A DNA stretch of 64,000 bases, taken from an uncultured bacterium (GTDB lineage: Bacteria; SAR324; NAC60-12). Every line of letters begins with the position of its first letter. Position 1 is the stretch's first letter. Shown piece after piece: positions 28,001 to 36,835 of this stretch. The notes beneath the pieces were generated by a model that was given only the letters and a program-made list of their open reading frames with translations, was not told the origin of the DNA and searched no databases. A program made the translations under genes and the position numbers. The DNA is taken from NCBI GenBank assembly GCA_965662235.1, contig CBFIGY010000001.1:192001-256000 (forward strand). The letters run 5' to 3'.

Positions 28001-28908
28001 CGCTGGAGAACGTCATCTTCAAGTACCACTTTGAGCGGAACTTTGAGCGCAAGCCCTTCCAGGTGCCGTTGCCAATCTCCAAAAGCCTCAGCATTCCCCG
28101 GTCCCGGATCAAGCTGGCCTACAGCAAGGACAGCGGGCGCTGGAGCTTCAGTTCCATGATGAGCCGGAAGGACTCTGGCGGCAGCGGAGGCGACTCCACC
28201 TTGCCGATGTTCCACTCGCACCTTGCTGAAGGGCTCGCGCGGTGTGTGCTCAGCGGCTACATTGGTTTTGGAGGCCGGAACCTGACCTCGTTCGACAAGT
28301 CTGCCAGTATGTTCCGGAGCGAAACCGCCACGAACCCCATCACCGGGCAGGACCTGATGAACCTGGGACAGGAGATTGCGGACTTCTTTGGCAAGATGCA
28401 CGTTAAGTCCCGGGAGCTGCTGGAAAACGTACACTACATCCGGGATGTCTTCATTGCCTGCCACGTCAACCGCTTCAATACCCTTTCGCTGGTCGTCCGG
28501 GACAACCTTGCTGAACAGTTTGTCATCAGCTTCGACATCCGGGACATCAAGATTCCCAAGGTGCCTGCCAACCTGAAGATGGGGTTTGATGAGGAGCTGC
28601 CTCGGTTCTTCATGCGCCTCAACCACCGGCAGTGCCGCATGCTGCTCCTGAAGCACCTCGCCGCCCTCCGGATTCCGCTCTTGGCCGACCAGCCGCCACG
28701 GCTCCGGACGTGGGTCAACCCCGGAAAGTTCGACCTCCCGGTGGCGCCTAAATTCGCCATGGTCTACATCAACGGCATCGCCAACACGCTGCTTCCCGCC
28801 AACGGCATTGGCACCCGAGAGTTCCTCATTCCTCCCCCTTTGGCCACCACCTTTGACGAAATGGGACGCGAGGCCATCCGGCTTCATACCGAAGGCGTCT
28901 CGTCGTAA
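25072..28908 (+). CDS. Large divergent class I adenylate cyclase-like nucleotidyltransferase
   Basis: Pol-beta-type motif IGSLGGIGHKPDSDMD, plus blocks colinear with class I CyaA (NRLR, APHGI, EIHFF, EGS..SLMLNDF, PKALL, LDPW, W-R), compared from memory. Confidence 0.72.
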   Translation: MADTGNAARPQLDLQVEALTSLNAHIPCNPQGSSAASSLRSLLQELQKATFTDALKKSYSEDRLEKIRDYAHQEFAAMGRTNRLRMESLVGLASEDMHKTMFEALFLFDVNAEGNSLSVEEKTKNFDEDGKPVYKTHTYPVFFPQAPHGIDGVERFLPANVRHEEEGGIHHYLKETYPDLVGQFQQAADKPIKALTTIGSLGGIGHKPDSDMDAQIILDTYPDHPHCWNDGNFFVALIMRVVDDFYKTYWERILKPERRNELHDQACQVLLDQYADGLSPEEQRVIDLIFESSFRQESRKLMQEELKQLSGEEQSKLFRQQLAMTLRDFPDAEAFLPQLQKFFPFLKQPAAELQGQLFRFSLKQLTLDKVLLWLTQYYREQFLGTESTKQVLSQAGVEDAAEPQQRKALVEHIQGNPLVGELVVEFMHEIVSRISHDARSKIPEIVQILKSQFPGITEAIGGDFVQKLWARLDDGFREHMANLVEAFNDWEAKQKEVALEYPIHQKVYQAEAYLTQKYPSTEIHFFTNILRKQRAGQHTPFLVSPEGSMAYSLMLNDFLLNPATVLCGTMPMPFDLPREFKLFASVGMFPGEEWTLKQYLDASAPLPGEEPEAPEEGEGGAENAAPADPGEFETFTLQHLPNWGETSIPREKFLEHALPIFLRESEKVSHRNLPKALLNCWWLEMIVVLDTEDEPPTSLTRLLWNPDRRHFVRENIQGEITDALLDMEKKYPQLVLDPWWLKFTEMFSRFESYEQDEDRQDFSLSTLSMIQKQILFCFAQHLRLSDIINYENQGKAVWLDENANWRAHAMVDYYNYFFSNPRERQELIRFMQGRDDAGNRMEKLLKQLFLESMQRVEKKLCAIGKSNALQTITTQLQQLSKQEIDTEKATKFLNPLLALVNQRVSIEDRKVLLKVKNKQPLNKLEKLQATLIYEDHQKMKNVVMNIADYFKQFGVELDETWVRKAIIESRVRIAGDPLENVIFKYHFERNFERKPFQVPLPISKSLSIPRSRIKLAYSKDSGRWSFSSMMSRKDSGGSGGDSTLPMFHSHLAEGLARCVLSGYIGFGGRNLTSFDKSASMFRSETATNPITGQDLMNLGQEIADFFGKMHVKSRELLENVHYIRDVFIACHVNRFNTLSLVVRDNLAEQFVISFDIRDIKIPKVPANLKMGFDEELPRFFMRLNHRQCRMLLLKHLAALRIPLLADQPPRLRTWVNPGKFDLPVAPKFAMVYINGIANTLLPANGIGTREFLIPPPLATTFDEMGREAIRLHTEGVSS

Positions 28909-28984
28909 AAAAGCGTTTTCAATCGCTCGGTTTCAACGTATAGTGTCTCAAAGTAAAAATTCGTGTTTTAGCTTTTGAGGATGC

Positions 28985-30211
28985 ATGGCTAAAGAACTCT
29001 CTGAGAATAAGGAAACCCCTAACATTAATTTCCTGGAATACCAGCAGGAACTTTTCGGAATCGTGGACGATATCAAGGCGATGAGCAGTAAGTCCGCGTT
29101 CAAAAAAATGTTTGGCGGGAAGCGAGAAAACTCCCACGCCGATGGAAGTACGATTGCGTCCGTCGCCGAGGACAGCAAAGAAGTCGCCAAGCTGGCAGCC
29201 GACCTCCGCAAGGACCCGACCAACTCCATGGTCCGGGCTCAACTGGCCAATGCGGTTGCCAACCATAAAAAGGACCACAAGCTGGGAACCATGCGGGAGC
29301 TGATGCTTCAGGCGGCCATTCCGATCTACCTCGGGGACATCTCTCCGCCTCTGCTGCAGGTCTGCATCTTCATGTACCGGGCTTACCTAGAGAAGCTCCA
29401 GAACGTCCACAAGCAGAGCATGATGTCCATCCGCTCCTCCGTTCTGAAGAACGTCAACATGTCCGGAGTCGATGTCAGCGATGAGCAAGACGACGCCAAC
29501 GTCCGGAACACGGAAGCGATGATGATGGAAATCCGGGTTGCCGAAGCGCTGATGGAGCGCTGTGAGGAGGCCCTGCAGATCGTCAAGACCAAGCTTCAGG
29601 TCACCCTCTCCCGTCAGGAAATTGAAGACGTCACCGCAGAAGGAAAAGCGGCCGCGTCTTTCTTTGGTGGCGGTGGCGGAGACGATGACAAGGCTGCGAC
29701 CCAAAAGCAGAACATGATCATTGGCAAGAGCGTGCAGGTCATTGAGGCCATCAAGCAGGTGCCATTGCTGCAAGGAGCCGGACTGCAAATGGCTCAGCAG
29801 TTGGGACGCATCGACAACAAGCTCTCGTACCCACTGGTGATGGAAGGACGCCTGCACATGCAGGTGCTGCGCTACTTCCTGCTCCGGCTGGAGAACGGAG
29901 ATCGGAAGTCCCGAGACAACATGGCCCCCACCTACAACAAGGCCGTGGTTGCCTACCGGAAGGCCATGAAGCTGGTCTCCAAGTCCAACCCAAAGAAAGC
30001 CGACCTCCCGGTGCTAACGGAGTTTGCGAACGTCACTCACTACGGCTTTGTCCACCGGGACCTCATGCGTTTCACCAAAGATGGAGTGATGGCGCTGGTC
30101 AAGCTGGGGAAAGACGCCGTGGACGCCGCAGTCATGGTCGATGAAAGCTTCCAGCCCCTTCAGGGACGTCTGGAAAGCTCCCTGAATCAGCTCGAAAACT
30201 CACGTCGCTGA
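28985..30211 (+). CDS. Hypothetical all-alpha cytoplasmic protein (TPR-like C-terminus)
   Basis: 408 aa ORF with host-like codon usage and GAGG RBS; no signal peptide or TM; no recognised motif. Confidence 0.8.
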   Translation: MAKELSENKETPNINFLEYQQELFGIVDDIKAMSSKSAFKKMFGGKRENSHADGSTIASVAEDSKEVAKLAADLRKDPTNSMVRAQLANAVANHKKDHKLGTMRELMLQAAIPIYLGDISPPLLQVCIFMYRAYLEKLQNVHKQSMMSIRSSVLKNVNMSGVDVSDEQDDANVRNTEAMMMEIRVAEALMERCEEALQIVKTKLQVTLSRQEIEDVTAEGKAAASFFGGGGGDDDKAATQKQNMIIGKSVQVIEAIKQVPLLQGAGLQMAQQLGRIDNKLSYPLVMEGRLHMQVLRYFLLRLENGDRKSRDNMAPTYNKAVVAYRKAMKLVSKSNPKKADLPVLTEFANVTHYGFVHRDLMRFTKDGVMALVKLGKDAVDAAVMVDESFQPLQGRLESSLNQLENSRR

Positions 30212-31156
30212 TTGCTCCCCTTTCTCCAGAAGCTCCACACGCACCTGCTGCGTTCCTGTGCGGAGCTCCGGAACCAGTCCCTTCTCCTCTGCGTCAGCGG
30301 CGGCTCGGATTCCATCGCGCTGCTGCACACCCTGCACCAGCTCCAGGGCCTCTGGGGCTGGTCCTTTCACGTCCTCCATTTTCACCATCACCTTCGTCCT
30401 GAAGCTGACGACGAGGCGGCGTTTGTCGCAGCACAGGCCACAGCCCTCGATCTCCCGTTTCACCTGTTTCACCACCATGACCTCCACGGCAGCAGCCTCC
30501 AGGCAAAGGCCCGGGCCTGGCGTCGGGACACGGCATTGGCCCTCCGGGAGCAGTTGGGCGGAGGCTGGATTGTCACAGCACACCACGCAGATGATCAGGT
30601 CGAGACGCTGCTCCTCAAGCTGCTCCGGGGGGTGCACCTTTCTGGCATTCGTGGAATGTCATGGATGGAAGAACCCTTTGCACGTCCGCTGCTCGGCTGT
30701 TCCAAGCAGGAGCTGCAGCAGTTTCTGATTCAGCAGCAGCTGACCTGGAAGGAAGACGCTTCCAACGCCAAGCCCGACTACCTGCGCAACCGCGTCCGGC
30801 ATGAACTGATTCCGCTCCTTGAAGAACTCACCCGTCACGGCTTAACCGAACGGCTCCAGGCTTTAGAAGCGCAGAGCGAACGGCTGCAGGAGTGGCTCGA
30901 AGCGGAGGAACAGCCCCTTCCTGAAGCGCCCGTCCTGACGTGGGCGCCCCTGAAGCATCAGGCCCGGCTTATTCAAGAGACGCACCTGCACCGCTTCCTG
31001 AAGCAGCACCTGCCACGGGTTCCAGATTATCGAGGGATTCAGGAGATTCGGGAGCAGCTGGAAACGCGGAACGCGTTCCGGCAGTCGCTCCCCTTGGGGT
31101 GGGAAGCCGAATGGGATGGGAGCGCCCTTCGGCTTCGTCAGATCAGTCGACCTTGA
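30212..31156 (+). CDS. tilS: tRNA(Ile)-lysidine synthetase (short form)
   Basis: SGGSDS PP-loop, [30 protein letters not shown] start abuts upstream stop. Confidence 0.93.
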   Translation: MLPFLQKLHTHLLRSCAELRNQSLLLCVSGGSDSIALLHTLHQLQGLWGWSFHVLHFHHHLRPEADDEAAFVAAQATALDLPFHLFHHHDLHGSSLQAKARAWRRDTALALREQLGGGWIVTAHHADDQVETLLLKLLRGVHLSGIRGMSWMEEPFARPLLGCSKQELQQFLIQQQLTWKEDASNAKPDYLRNRVRHELIPLLEELTRHGLTERLQALEAQSERLQEWLEAEEQPLPEAPVLTWAPLKHQARLIQETHLHRFLKQHLPRVPDYRGIQEIREQLETRNAFRQSLPLGWEAEWDGSALRLRQISRP

Positions 31157-31655
31157 TCAGTTCGACCTCAAACTCGAGGGTTGCGTTCGGAGGAATTGCA
31201 TTCCCGGCTCCTTGAGAACCGTAAGCCAACTCCGCGGGAATCATCACCCGCCACTTGTCGCCTTCCTTCATCATCTGCAGAGCCTCCGTCCAGCCAGGAA
31301 TCAACCCATTGACGGGAAAGGTCGCCGGCTTGCCCCGCTTGTACGATGAATCAAACTCGGTTCCATCCACCAGCAGGCCCCGGTAGTGCACCGTCACCCG
31401 ATCCGACAGGGTGGGAGAGCGCCCGTCTCCGGACTTCAGGACCTCATACTGGAGGCCGCTCTCAGTGGTGACCACGCCTTCCTTTTGCTGATTTTCCACC
31501 AGCATGTCCTTGTTTTTGGAAATGAACTGCTGCGCGGCTTCTTGATTCGCCATGCGCTTTTCCGGGTTGAACTTGTCTCCAATCATGGCTCGGAAGAAGA
31601 ATGCTCCGATTCCAATCATGATGATGACAGCGACTAGGGTTTGACTACGGTTCAT
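31143..31655 (-). CDS. FKBP-type peptidyl-prolyl isomerase, membrane anchored
   Basis: [45 protein letters not shown]-terminal TM. Confidence 0.95.
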   Translation of the reverse strand: MNRSQTLVAVIIMIGIGAFFFRAMIGDKFNPEKRMANQEAAQQFISKNKDMLVENQQKEGVVTTESGLQYEVLKSGDGRSPTLSDRVTVHYRGLLVDGTEFDSSYKRGKPATFPVNGLIPGWTEALQMMKEGDKWRVMIPAELAYGSQGAGNAIPPNATLEFEVELIKVD

Positions 31656-31661
31656 CAGTCC

Positions 31662-32489
31662 TCACGGATTTCGGGTAAATTTTGAAAAATCGGGAGGTCG
31701 CTTTTCCACGTAGGCATTCCGTCCTTCCTGCCCCTCTTCTGTCATGTAAAACAACATGGTCGCGTTGCCCGCAAGCTCCTGGAGGCCCGCTTGACCGTCG
31801 CAGTCCGCATTGAGGGAGGCCTTGAGGCAGCGGAGGGCAATCGGTGACAGGCGCAGCATCTCACGGCACCAGGTGATGGTTTCCTCCTCAAGCTGCTCCA
31901 GCGGCACCACGGTGTTCACCAGTCCCATCTCCAGCGCCTGCTGAGCGTTGTACTGCCGGCACAGGAACCAGATCTCCCGGGCTTTTTTCTGCCCCACAAT
32001 CCGGGCCAGGTAGCTGGAACCGTAGCCGCCATCAAATGACCCCACGCGTGGTCCCGTTTGTCCAAACACCGCATTGTCTGCAGCAATCGTCAGGTCACAC
32101 AGGACGTGCAGGACGTGTCCTCCCCCAACGGCGTATCCAGCGACCATTGCCACCACAGGCTTGGGACAGGTCCGGATCTGTCGCTGGAAGTCCAGCACGT
32201 TCAGGCGGTGGTGCCCCGTCTCATCATCCTTGTATCCGGAATCCCCACGAATGCGCTGGTCGCCTCCGGAACAAAACGCCTTGTCTCCAGCTCCAGTCAG
32301 AATGATGGCACCTACCTGAGGATCCTCTCGGGCGTCATTGAGGGCGTGGCTCATCTCCCGGACCGTCAGCGGGCGGAACGCGTTCCGGACTTCCGGACGG
32401 TTAATGGTGATCTTGGCCACCCCTTCTTCAGACTTGTGGTAGAGGATGTCAGTGTAGTCTCCACCAGCGTGCCAGTAGTTTTCTTGCAT
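31662..32489 (-). CDS. menB: 1,4-dihydroxy-2-naphthoyl-CoA synthase
   Basis: [40 protein letters not shown]. Confidence 0.97.
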   Translation of the reverse strand: MQENYWHAGGDYTDILYHKSEEGVAKITINRPEVRNAFRPLTVREMSHALNDAREDPQVGAIILTGAGDKAFCSGGDQRIRGDSGYKDDETGHHRLNVLDFQRQIRTCPKPVVAMVAGYAVGGGHVLHVLCDLTIAADNAVFGQTGPRVGSFDGGYGSSYLARIVGQKKAREIWFLCRQYNAQQALEMGLVNTVVPLEQLEEETITWCREMLRLSPIALRCLKASLNADCDGQAGLQELAGNATMLFYMTEEGQEGRNAYVEKRPPDFSKFTRNP

Positions 32490-32501
32490 GGTTCTCTCTC
32501 T

Positions 32502-34253
32502 TCAGGATGAAACAGGAAAGGAAGCCCGGAGCACCTGCTGCCACTGCTGCTGGGCCTGTACGTTGCCCTGACGGGACGTTACAACTTCCAGAATTCCGGA
32601 ACGTCCGGAACGGATGAGCTGACGGTACGCTTGCCGCCAGTCCGCGAGCGACGCGGGCGCCTGGTACTCCAGCCCAAACAGCTCAGCGGCCTTCTCAAAG
32701 CTCCACGCATGCGGGGTGCCGAAAAAGCGTTCAAAGACATCTTCTTGCTGAGCAATCGGCAAGAAGGAGAAGATGCCCCCTCCGTGGTTGTTGCTGATGA
32801 TCAGGATCAGAGGATGCGTCGCCTCCTGACACAGCGCCAAGGAGTTGAGGTCATGAAGCGCAGAAAGGTCTCCGAGCCACAGGGTGGTCGGACGCTGCAA
32901 GCCACGAGCAAACCCAAGGGCACTCGCTACCACTCCGTCGATGCCACTGGCTCCGCGGTTCAGTCCAATCGGCACGGAGTGACCTTCGCCAGAGCCATAA
33001 AAATCAATCATCCGGACCGGCAAGCTATTGCCCACAAAGAGCGCATGCTCCGGAGGCACCTCCTCCGTCAGGGCATGAGCCAGCTGTAGCTCGTCCGGAG
33101 CCTCCGCAACACGGTTCAGGTGCAAGGTCAGCTGATTCGCCACCGTGCGGTCGGCTTCCTGCCACTGCTGGAGCCACAGGGAGGCTTCTGGGCGCACAGG
33201 GAGGCGCTTCAGCAGGCCCTCGGTAAAGCACTCCAAGTCACCAGTCAGACGCTCCGAAAACTGAAAGGACGAGTCGAGACGTTCGGAGTGATCTGCGACC
33301 CAGACCATGCGAGGCGACGGATGGTGCTCCCAGCGCGTCAACCAGCGCTTGGACGTCGGGGGAAAGCCCAGGTGCCAAACCACTTCCGGCTGCCAGGTTC
33401 GGCTCGGAAGCCCATCCAGCAGCAGCTGATCGTAGTGCGTGATGCGATGGGGCACGCCGCTTCCCAACCGGAGCCCAGAGGTCACATCAGCAAATACCGG
33501 CCACCCGAGTGCCTCAGCCAAGCGCTTTACCGCAGGCTGAGCGGCTTCAGGCATTCGACCTAGGCTGAGCACTCCCTTCTTTGGAACGTCCGCCACTAGC
33601 GAATCCAGATCAGCCTCATGCGGCACCAACCGAGCCGAACCCATCTTGATCCAAGGCCGCGGGTGCTGTTCCCAGCGTTCCGGAATAGCCTCAGCATGCC
33701 GCCGTTGGTCCTCAGGAGCAGAGTGAAACGGTTCGCGGAAGGGAAAGTTGAGGTGAACGGGTCCCGGAAGCGGGTGACAGGTCCGGTGAATCGCTTGATC
33801 CACGGCTGAAAGCAAAGCCTCTGGTTGAGCGTCAGGCCCGGGGCATCCCGGATCGTGAAACCAACGGACGTAGCCTCCGAACAGCTTGGACTGGTCGATC
33901 GTTTGGTTGGCTCCGGAATCCTTCAACTCTGGGGGGCGGTCGGCAGAGAAGATCAGAAGCGGAAGGTGCTCCACCGAGGCTTCAATGACGGCTGGGAGGT
34001 AGTTGGCCACTGCGGTTCCGGAGGTACAGACGAGCGCCGCCGGTTTTCCCGTCGCCCGGGCGTACCCCAGTGCAAAGTACGCGGCCGCCCGCTCGTCAAT
34101 GAAAACCTGGGCGGTCACCCCGCTGTTTCGGGCCAGGGAGATCGTCAACGGGGTGGAACGGGACCCCGGGGAGACGCAGAAGACGGTGACGCCGTTGCGG
34201 CGGCACTCCTCCACGATCAACCGTCCCCAAAGGGGATTCCAGGTGGACTCCAT
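32502..34253 (-). CDS. menD: SEPHCHC synthase
   Basis: Likely start 34253. SPGSRSTPL, DERAA, CTSGTA, DRPPEL, NRGASGIDG, GDLS, NNHGGGIF. Confidence 0.96.
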   Translation of the reverse strand: MESTWNPLWGRLIVEECRRNGVTVFCVSPGSRSTPLTISLARNSGVTAQVFIDERAAAYFALGYARATGKPAALVCTSGTAVANYLPAVIEASVEHLPLLIFSADRPPELKDSGANQTIDQSKLFGGYVRWFHDPGCPGPDAQPEALLSAVDQAIHRTCHPLPGPVHLNFPFREPFHSAPEDQRRHAEAIPERWEQHPRPWIKMGSARLVPHEADLDSLVADVPKKGVLSLGRMPEAAQPAVKRLAEALGWPVFADVTSGLRLGSGVPHRITHYDQLLLDGLPSRTWQPEVVWHLGFPPTSKRWLTRWEHHPSPRMVWVADHSERLDSSFQFSERLTGDLECFTEGLLKRLPVRPEASLWLQQWQEADRTVANQLTLHLNRVAEAPDELQLAHALTEEVPPEHALFVGNSLPVRMIDFYGSGEGHSVPIGLNRGASGIDGVVASALGFARGLQRPTTLWLGDLSALHDLNSLALCQEATHPLILIISNNHGGGIFSFLPIAQQEDVFERFFGTPHAWSFEKAAELFGLEYQAPASLADWRQAYRQLIRSGRSGILEVVTSRQGNVQAQQQWQQVLRASFPVSS

Positions 34254-35689
34254 TAGGCCTGTTCCAGCAGCGACGCCCACGAACGCAGCTTGCTCTCAAT
34301 CTCCTGCCACTCCTTGTCTGGCTCCGAACCTTCTACTACTCCAGCACCGGTGTACACCCGCAGGGTTCGGTTGCTCAACAGGCCCGACCTCAAGGCGACG
34401 GCAAACTCCGATGAGTCGCGACTGACCCAGCCGATCGGTCCCGCATACCATCCGCGGTCAAACGGTTCCAGCCGGCGGATGTGCCCCAGAGCTTCTTCGT
34501 TGGGAGTCCCTGAGACCGCTGGAGTTGGATGAAACGCCGGAAGGAGGTCTTCGTCTCGGACGCCTGCCTGCAGCATTCCGCTGACCCGACTCCTCAGGTG
34601 CTGAACGTGGGTCAGGCGGAGGCTTTCTAGGTAGGAAAGACGCTCAGAGCCCCCACAGAACTGCTCCAGCAACGCCTCCAGCCGAGTCAGGACCATCAGG
34701 TGCTCCCGCTGTTCCTTAGCGTTGGTCCGGAGCTCTTCAGCAAGCCGTTCATCTTCTTCCGGAGTGGTTCCTCGAGGACGGGTGCTGGCCAATGCTTCGC
34801 TCTGAAGCTGACGACCAGCCCGCTGGTAAAGACGTTCCGGAGTGATTCCCAAGAAGGCTTGGTTTTCATCACGTTGGAAGCAGAAGTGGAACGCCTCAGG
34901 CGCCTGCTCCCGCAGGGCCCAGAGCAACTGGACCGGATCAGAAGGCGCCGCCAGCTCAAATTCAGCACAGCGTGCGAGCACCACCTTGCTCAACTCCTCA
35001 GACTCAATCTGCTTCAATCCCTCAGAAACCATTGCCTCCCAGCCCGGCTGTTCCGGGTGGTTGCGGCGGCGGTGAAAGCTGAAGGGTCCAGGGGTTTGCT
35101 TCAGGGCCGGACGCAGGGCCGATAGACGGCGGCGGAGCATCTTCAACGCGGCCCATTCTTCAGTTGGGTCTTCCCGTCGGACCACTTGACAGACCAGCCA
35201 GTGCTGTCCGGCACGCTCCTCCAGCAAAATTTCCGGTAAGACGAAACGAGCGGCTCCCCAGGCCTGCCACTCTGGGGACAGAAACGCCTTGGGGTCAAAG
35301 CGCAGGCCCCCTAGGAAGCGAGCCTCTGGCGGTGCTTCTTTGAGCAGAGACGCCAGCTGGTGCATGACCTCTCGGTACGGAGTTTCTGCCACCGACTGCA
35401 CACACCAGGCTTCCCCAATGCCCGCCAGCTTTTCCTGCTGGGCGCGGTCGGTCCAGTAGGTCCGTTGCGGGTGAGGTTGCGCTGCGAGCCAGCTCAGGGG
35501 GTCTGTGGCCTGAACCGGCTGCTCCAGCCGCGCCACCGTCTTTGCCTTCTGAGCAGGATGCCCGGCCTTCAGCCAGCGGTTGATTTGCTCCAGGAGCAGC
35601 CCCTGGGCCTCTTCTAAATCGGGGAGCGCAGAATACGCGGGTGCAGACAGCATGGAGATTTGTTGCTTGATCGTTGTTCCATCAAACAA
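34253..35689 (-). CDS. menF: Isochorismate synthase (menaquinone-specific)
   Basis: KVVLAR, FLGITPERL, EALAST, HPTPAV, DRGWYAG, GAGVV; start may be ATG 35653. Confidence 0.9.
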   Translation of the reverse strand: MFDGTTIKQQISMLSAPAYSALPDLEEAQGLLLEQINRWLKAGHPAQKAKTVARLEQPVQATDPLSWLAAQPHPQRTYWTDRAQQEKLAGIGEAWCVQSVAETPYREVMHQLASLLKEAPPEARFLGGLRFDPKAFLSPEWQAWGAARFVLPEILLEERAGQHWLVCQVVRREDPTEEWAALKMLRRRLSALRPALKQTPGPFSFHRRRNHPEQPGWEAMVSEGLKQIESEELSKVVLARCAEFELAAPSDPVQLLWALREQAPEAFHFCFQRDENQAFLGITPERLYQRAGRQLQSEALASTRPRGTTPEEDERLAEELRTNAKEQREHLMVLTRLEALLEQFCGGSERLSYLESLRLTHVQHLRSRVSGMLQAGVRDEDLLPAFHPTPAVSGTPNEEALGHIRRLEPFDRGWYAGPIGWVSRDSSEFAVALRSGLLSNRTLRVYTGAGVVEGSEPDKEWQEIESKLRSWASLLEQA

Positions 35690-35779
35690 CAGGTTGGCAT
35701 TTTTTCCAGAAGAAACAAGGACGGAGATCAGGGGGTTTTTTCTAAATGAAACAGACGTTCGGACCGTCCAAACTGGGGC

Positions 35780-36790
35780 TTAAACGACCTCGGAACCGCC
35801 GGATCCAGCGATGACAATCTTGCCCTCTTCCTCCAGTTTCTTCACCACCTTGATGATCTTCTGCTGGGCTGCTTCCACGTCTGAAACCTTCACCGGACCT
35901 AGGTTCTCCAGGTCGTCCCGGACCATTTCAGATGCGCGGGAAGACATGGAGCTGAAGATCAACTCCCGGACCGCATCGCTGGCTGTTTTCAAGGCTAGGA
36001 CCATGTCTGCCTGGTCCACATCCTTCATGACCGTTTGCATCTGCTTGGAGTCGATCAGGGTCAGGTCCTCGAAGGTGAACATCAGCTCGCGGATGGACTC
36101 GGCGAGGTCCGGATTCGATTCTTCAATGGTCGCCAGGATGCGGGTTTCTGTGGCCTTATCCACGGAGTTCAGGATCTCGGCCACCGGGGCAATGCCACCG
36201 ACTTTGGTAATGACCGAGCTGGCGGCCTTCATTTCATCAGCCAGCACCTCGTTCAGCTCCGTCACCACTCCGGGGGGAATGGTCTCGAGCGTCGCCATCC
36301 GGTACATGACATCAGCCTGTAGATTTTCCGGGAGGGTCCGGAGGACCGAAGAGGATTGGTCCACATTGTGGAGATAAGAGAGGACCAGCGCAATCGTCTG
36401 CGGGTGTTCGCTACGGACGTAGTTGGAGATGGTCACCGGGTCGACGTAGCGCAACGCGTCCAAGCCGCCCTCTTCCTGTCCCGAACGCAGGCTGCCTTCC
36501 AGCTCCTTGGCCTTGTCGGCGCCAAGCGCTTTGACCAGGGCGTTCTTGACAAAGTCTGGAGACTGGTCGAGGTAGACGCCCTCTTCCTGCATCACGGAGT
36601 TCCGGTAGAACTCCTCCAGCACGATGTCCACCTCTTCAGGAGAGACATCGTTGAAGCGGGTCATGAAGTAGCCAACCTGCTGGATCTCTTGCTCGTCTAG
36701 ATTTTTCATGATTTCCGCAGCCCCCTCCTCTCCCAAAGTGAGAAGAAGGATGGCCGCTTTTTTCGGACCCGTCAGTTTGCCAACGCTCAT
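35780..36790 (-). CDS. fliG: Flagellar motor switch protein FliG
   Basis: KAAILLLTLGE, EHPQTIAL, MFTFEDL, MSSRA, VEAAQ. Confidence 0.96.
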   Translation of the reverse strand: MSVGKLTGPKKAAILLLTLGEEGAAEIMKNLDEQEIQQVGYFMTRFNDVSPEEVDIVLEEFYRNSVMQEEGVYLDQSPDFVKNALVKALGADKAKELEGSLRSGQEEGGLDALRYVDPVTISNYVRSEHPQTIALVLSYLHNVDQSSSVLRTLPENLQADVMYRMATLETIPPGVVTELNEVLADEMKAASSVITKVGGIAPVAEILNSVDKATETRILATIEESNPDLAESIRELMFTFEDLTLIDSKQMQTVMKDVDQADMVLALKTASDAVRELIFSSMSSRASEMVRDDLENLGPVKVSDVEAAQQKIIKVVKKLEEEGKIVIAGSGGSEVV

Positions 36791-36835
36791 GCTACTCCTT
36801 ATGGTTCCGCGCCGGCAGTTTGACTGGGGGAACAG

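Noticed and set aside
26869..28887. 672 aa antisense ORF, and similar long ones at 744-1844, 25336-26685, 50984-52267 and 54841-55824
   Set aside because: They mirror well-supported genes on the other strand; long shadow ORFs are expected with GC-rich biased codon usage and show no protein motifs.
25072..30211. Cyclase-like gene pair as a CBASS/Pycsar anti-phage system
   Set aside because: Motif order fits class I adenylate cyclase rather than CD-NTase or class III cyclase; no recognisable effector (TM, patatin, TIR, nuclease); codon usage is host-like and context is housekeeping. Not fully excluded without a profile search.
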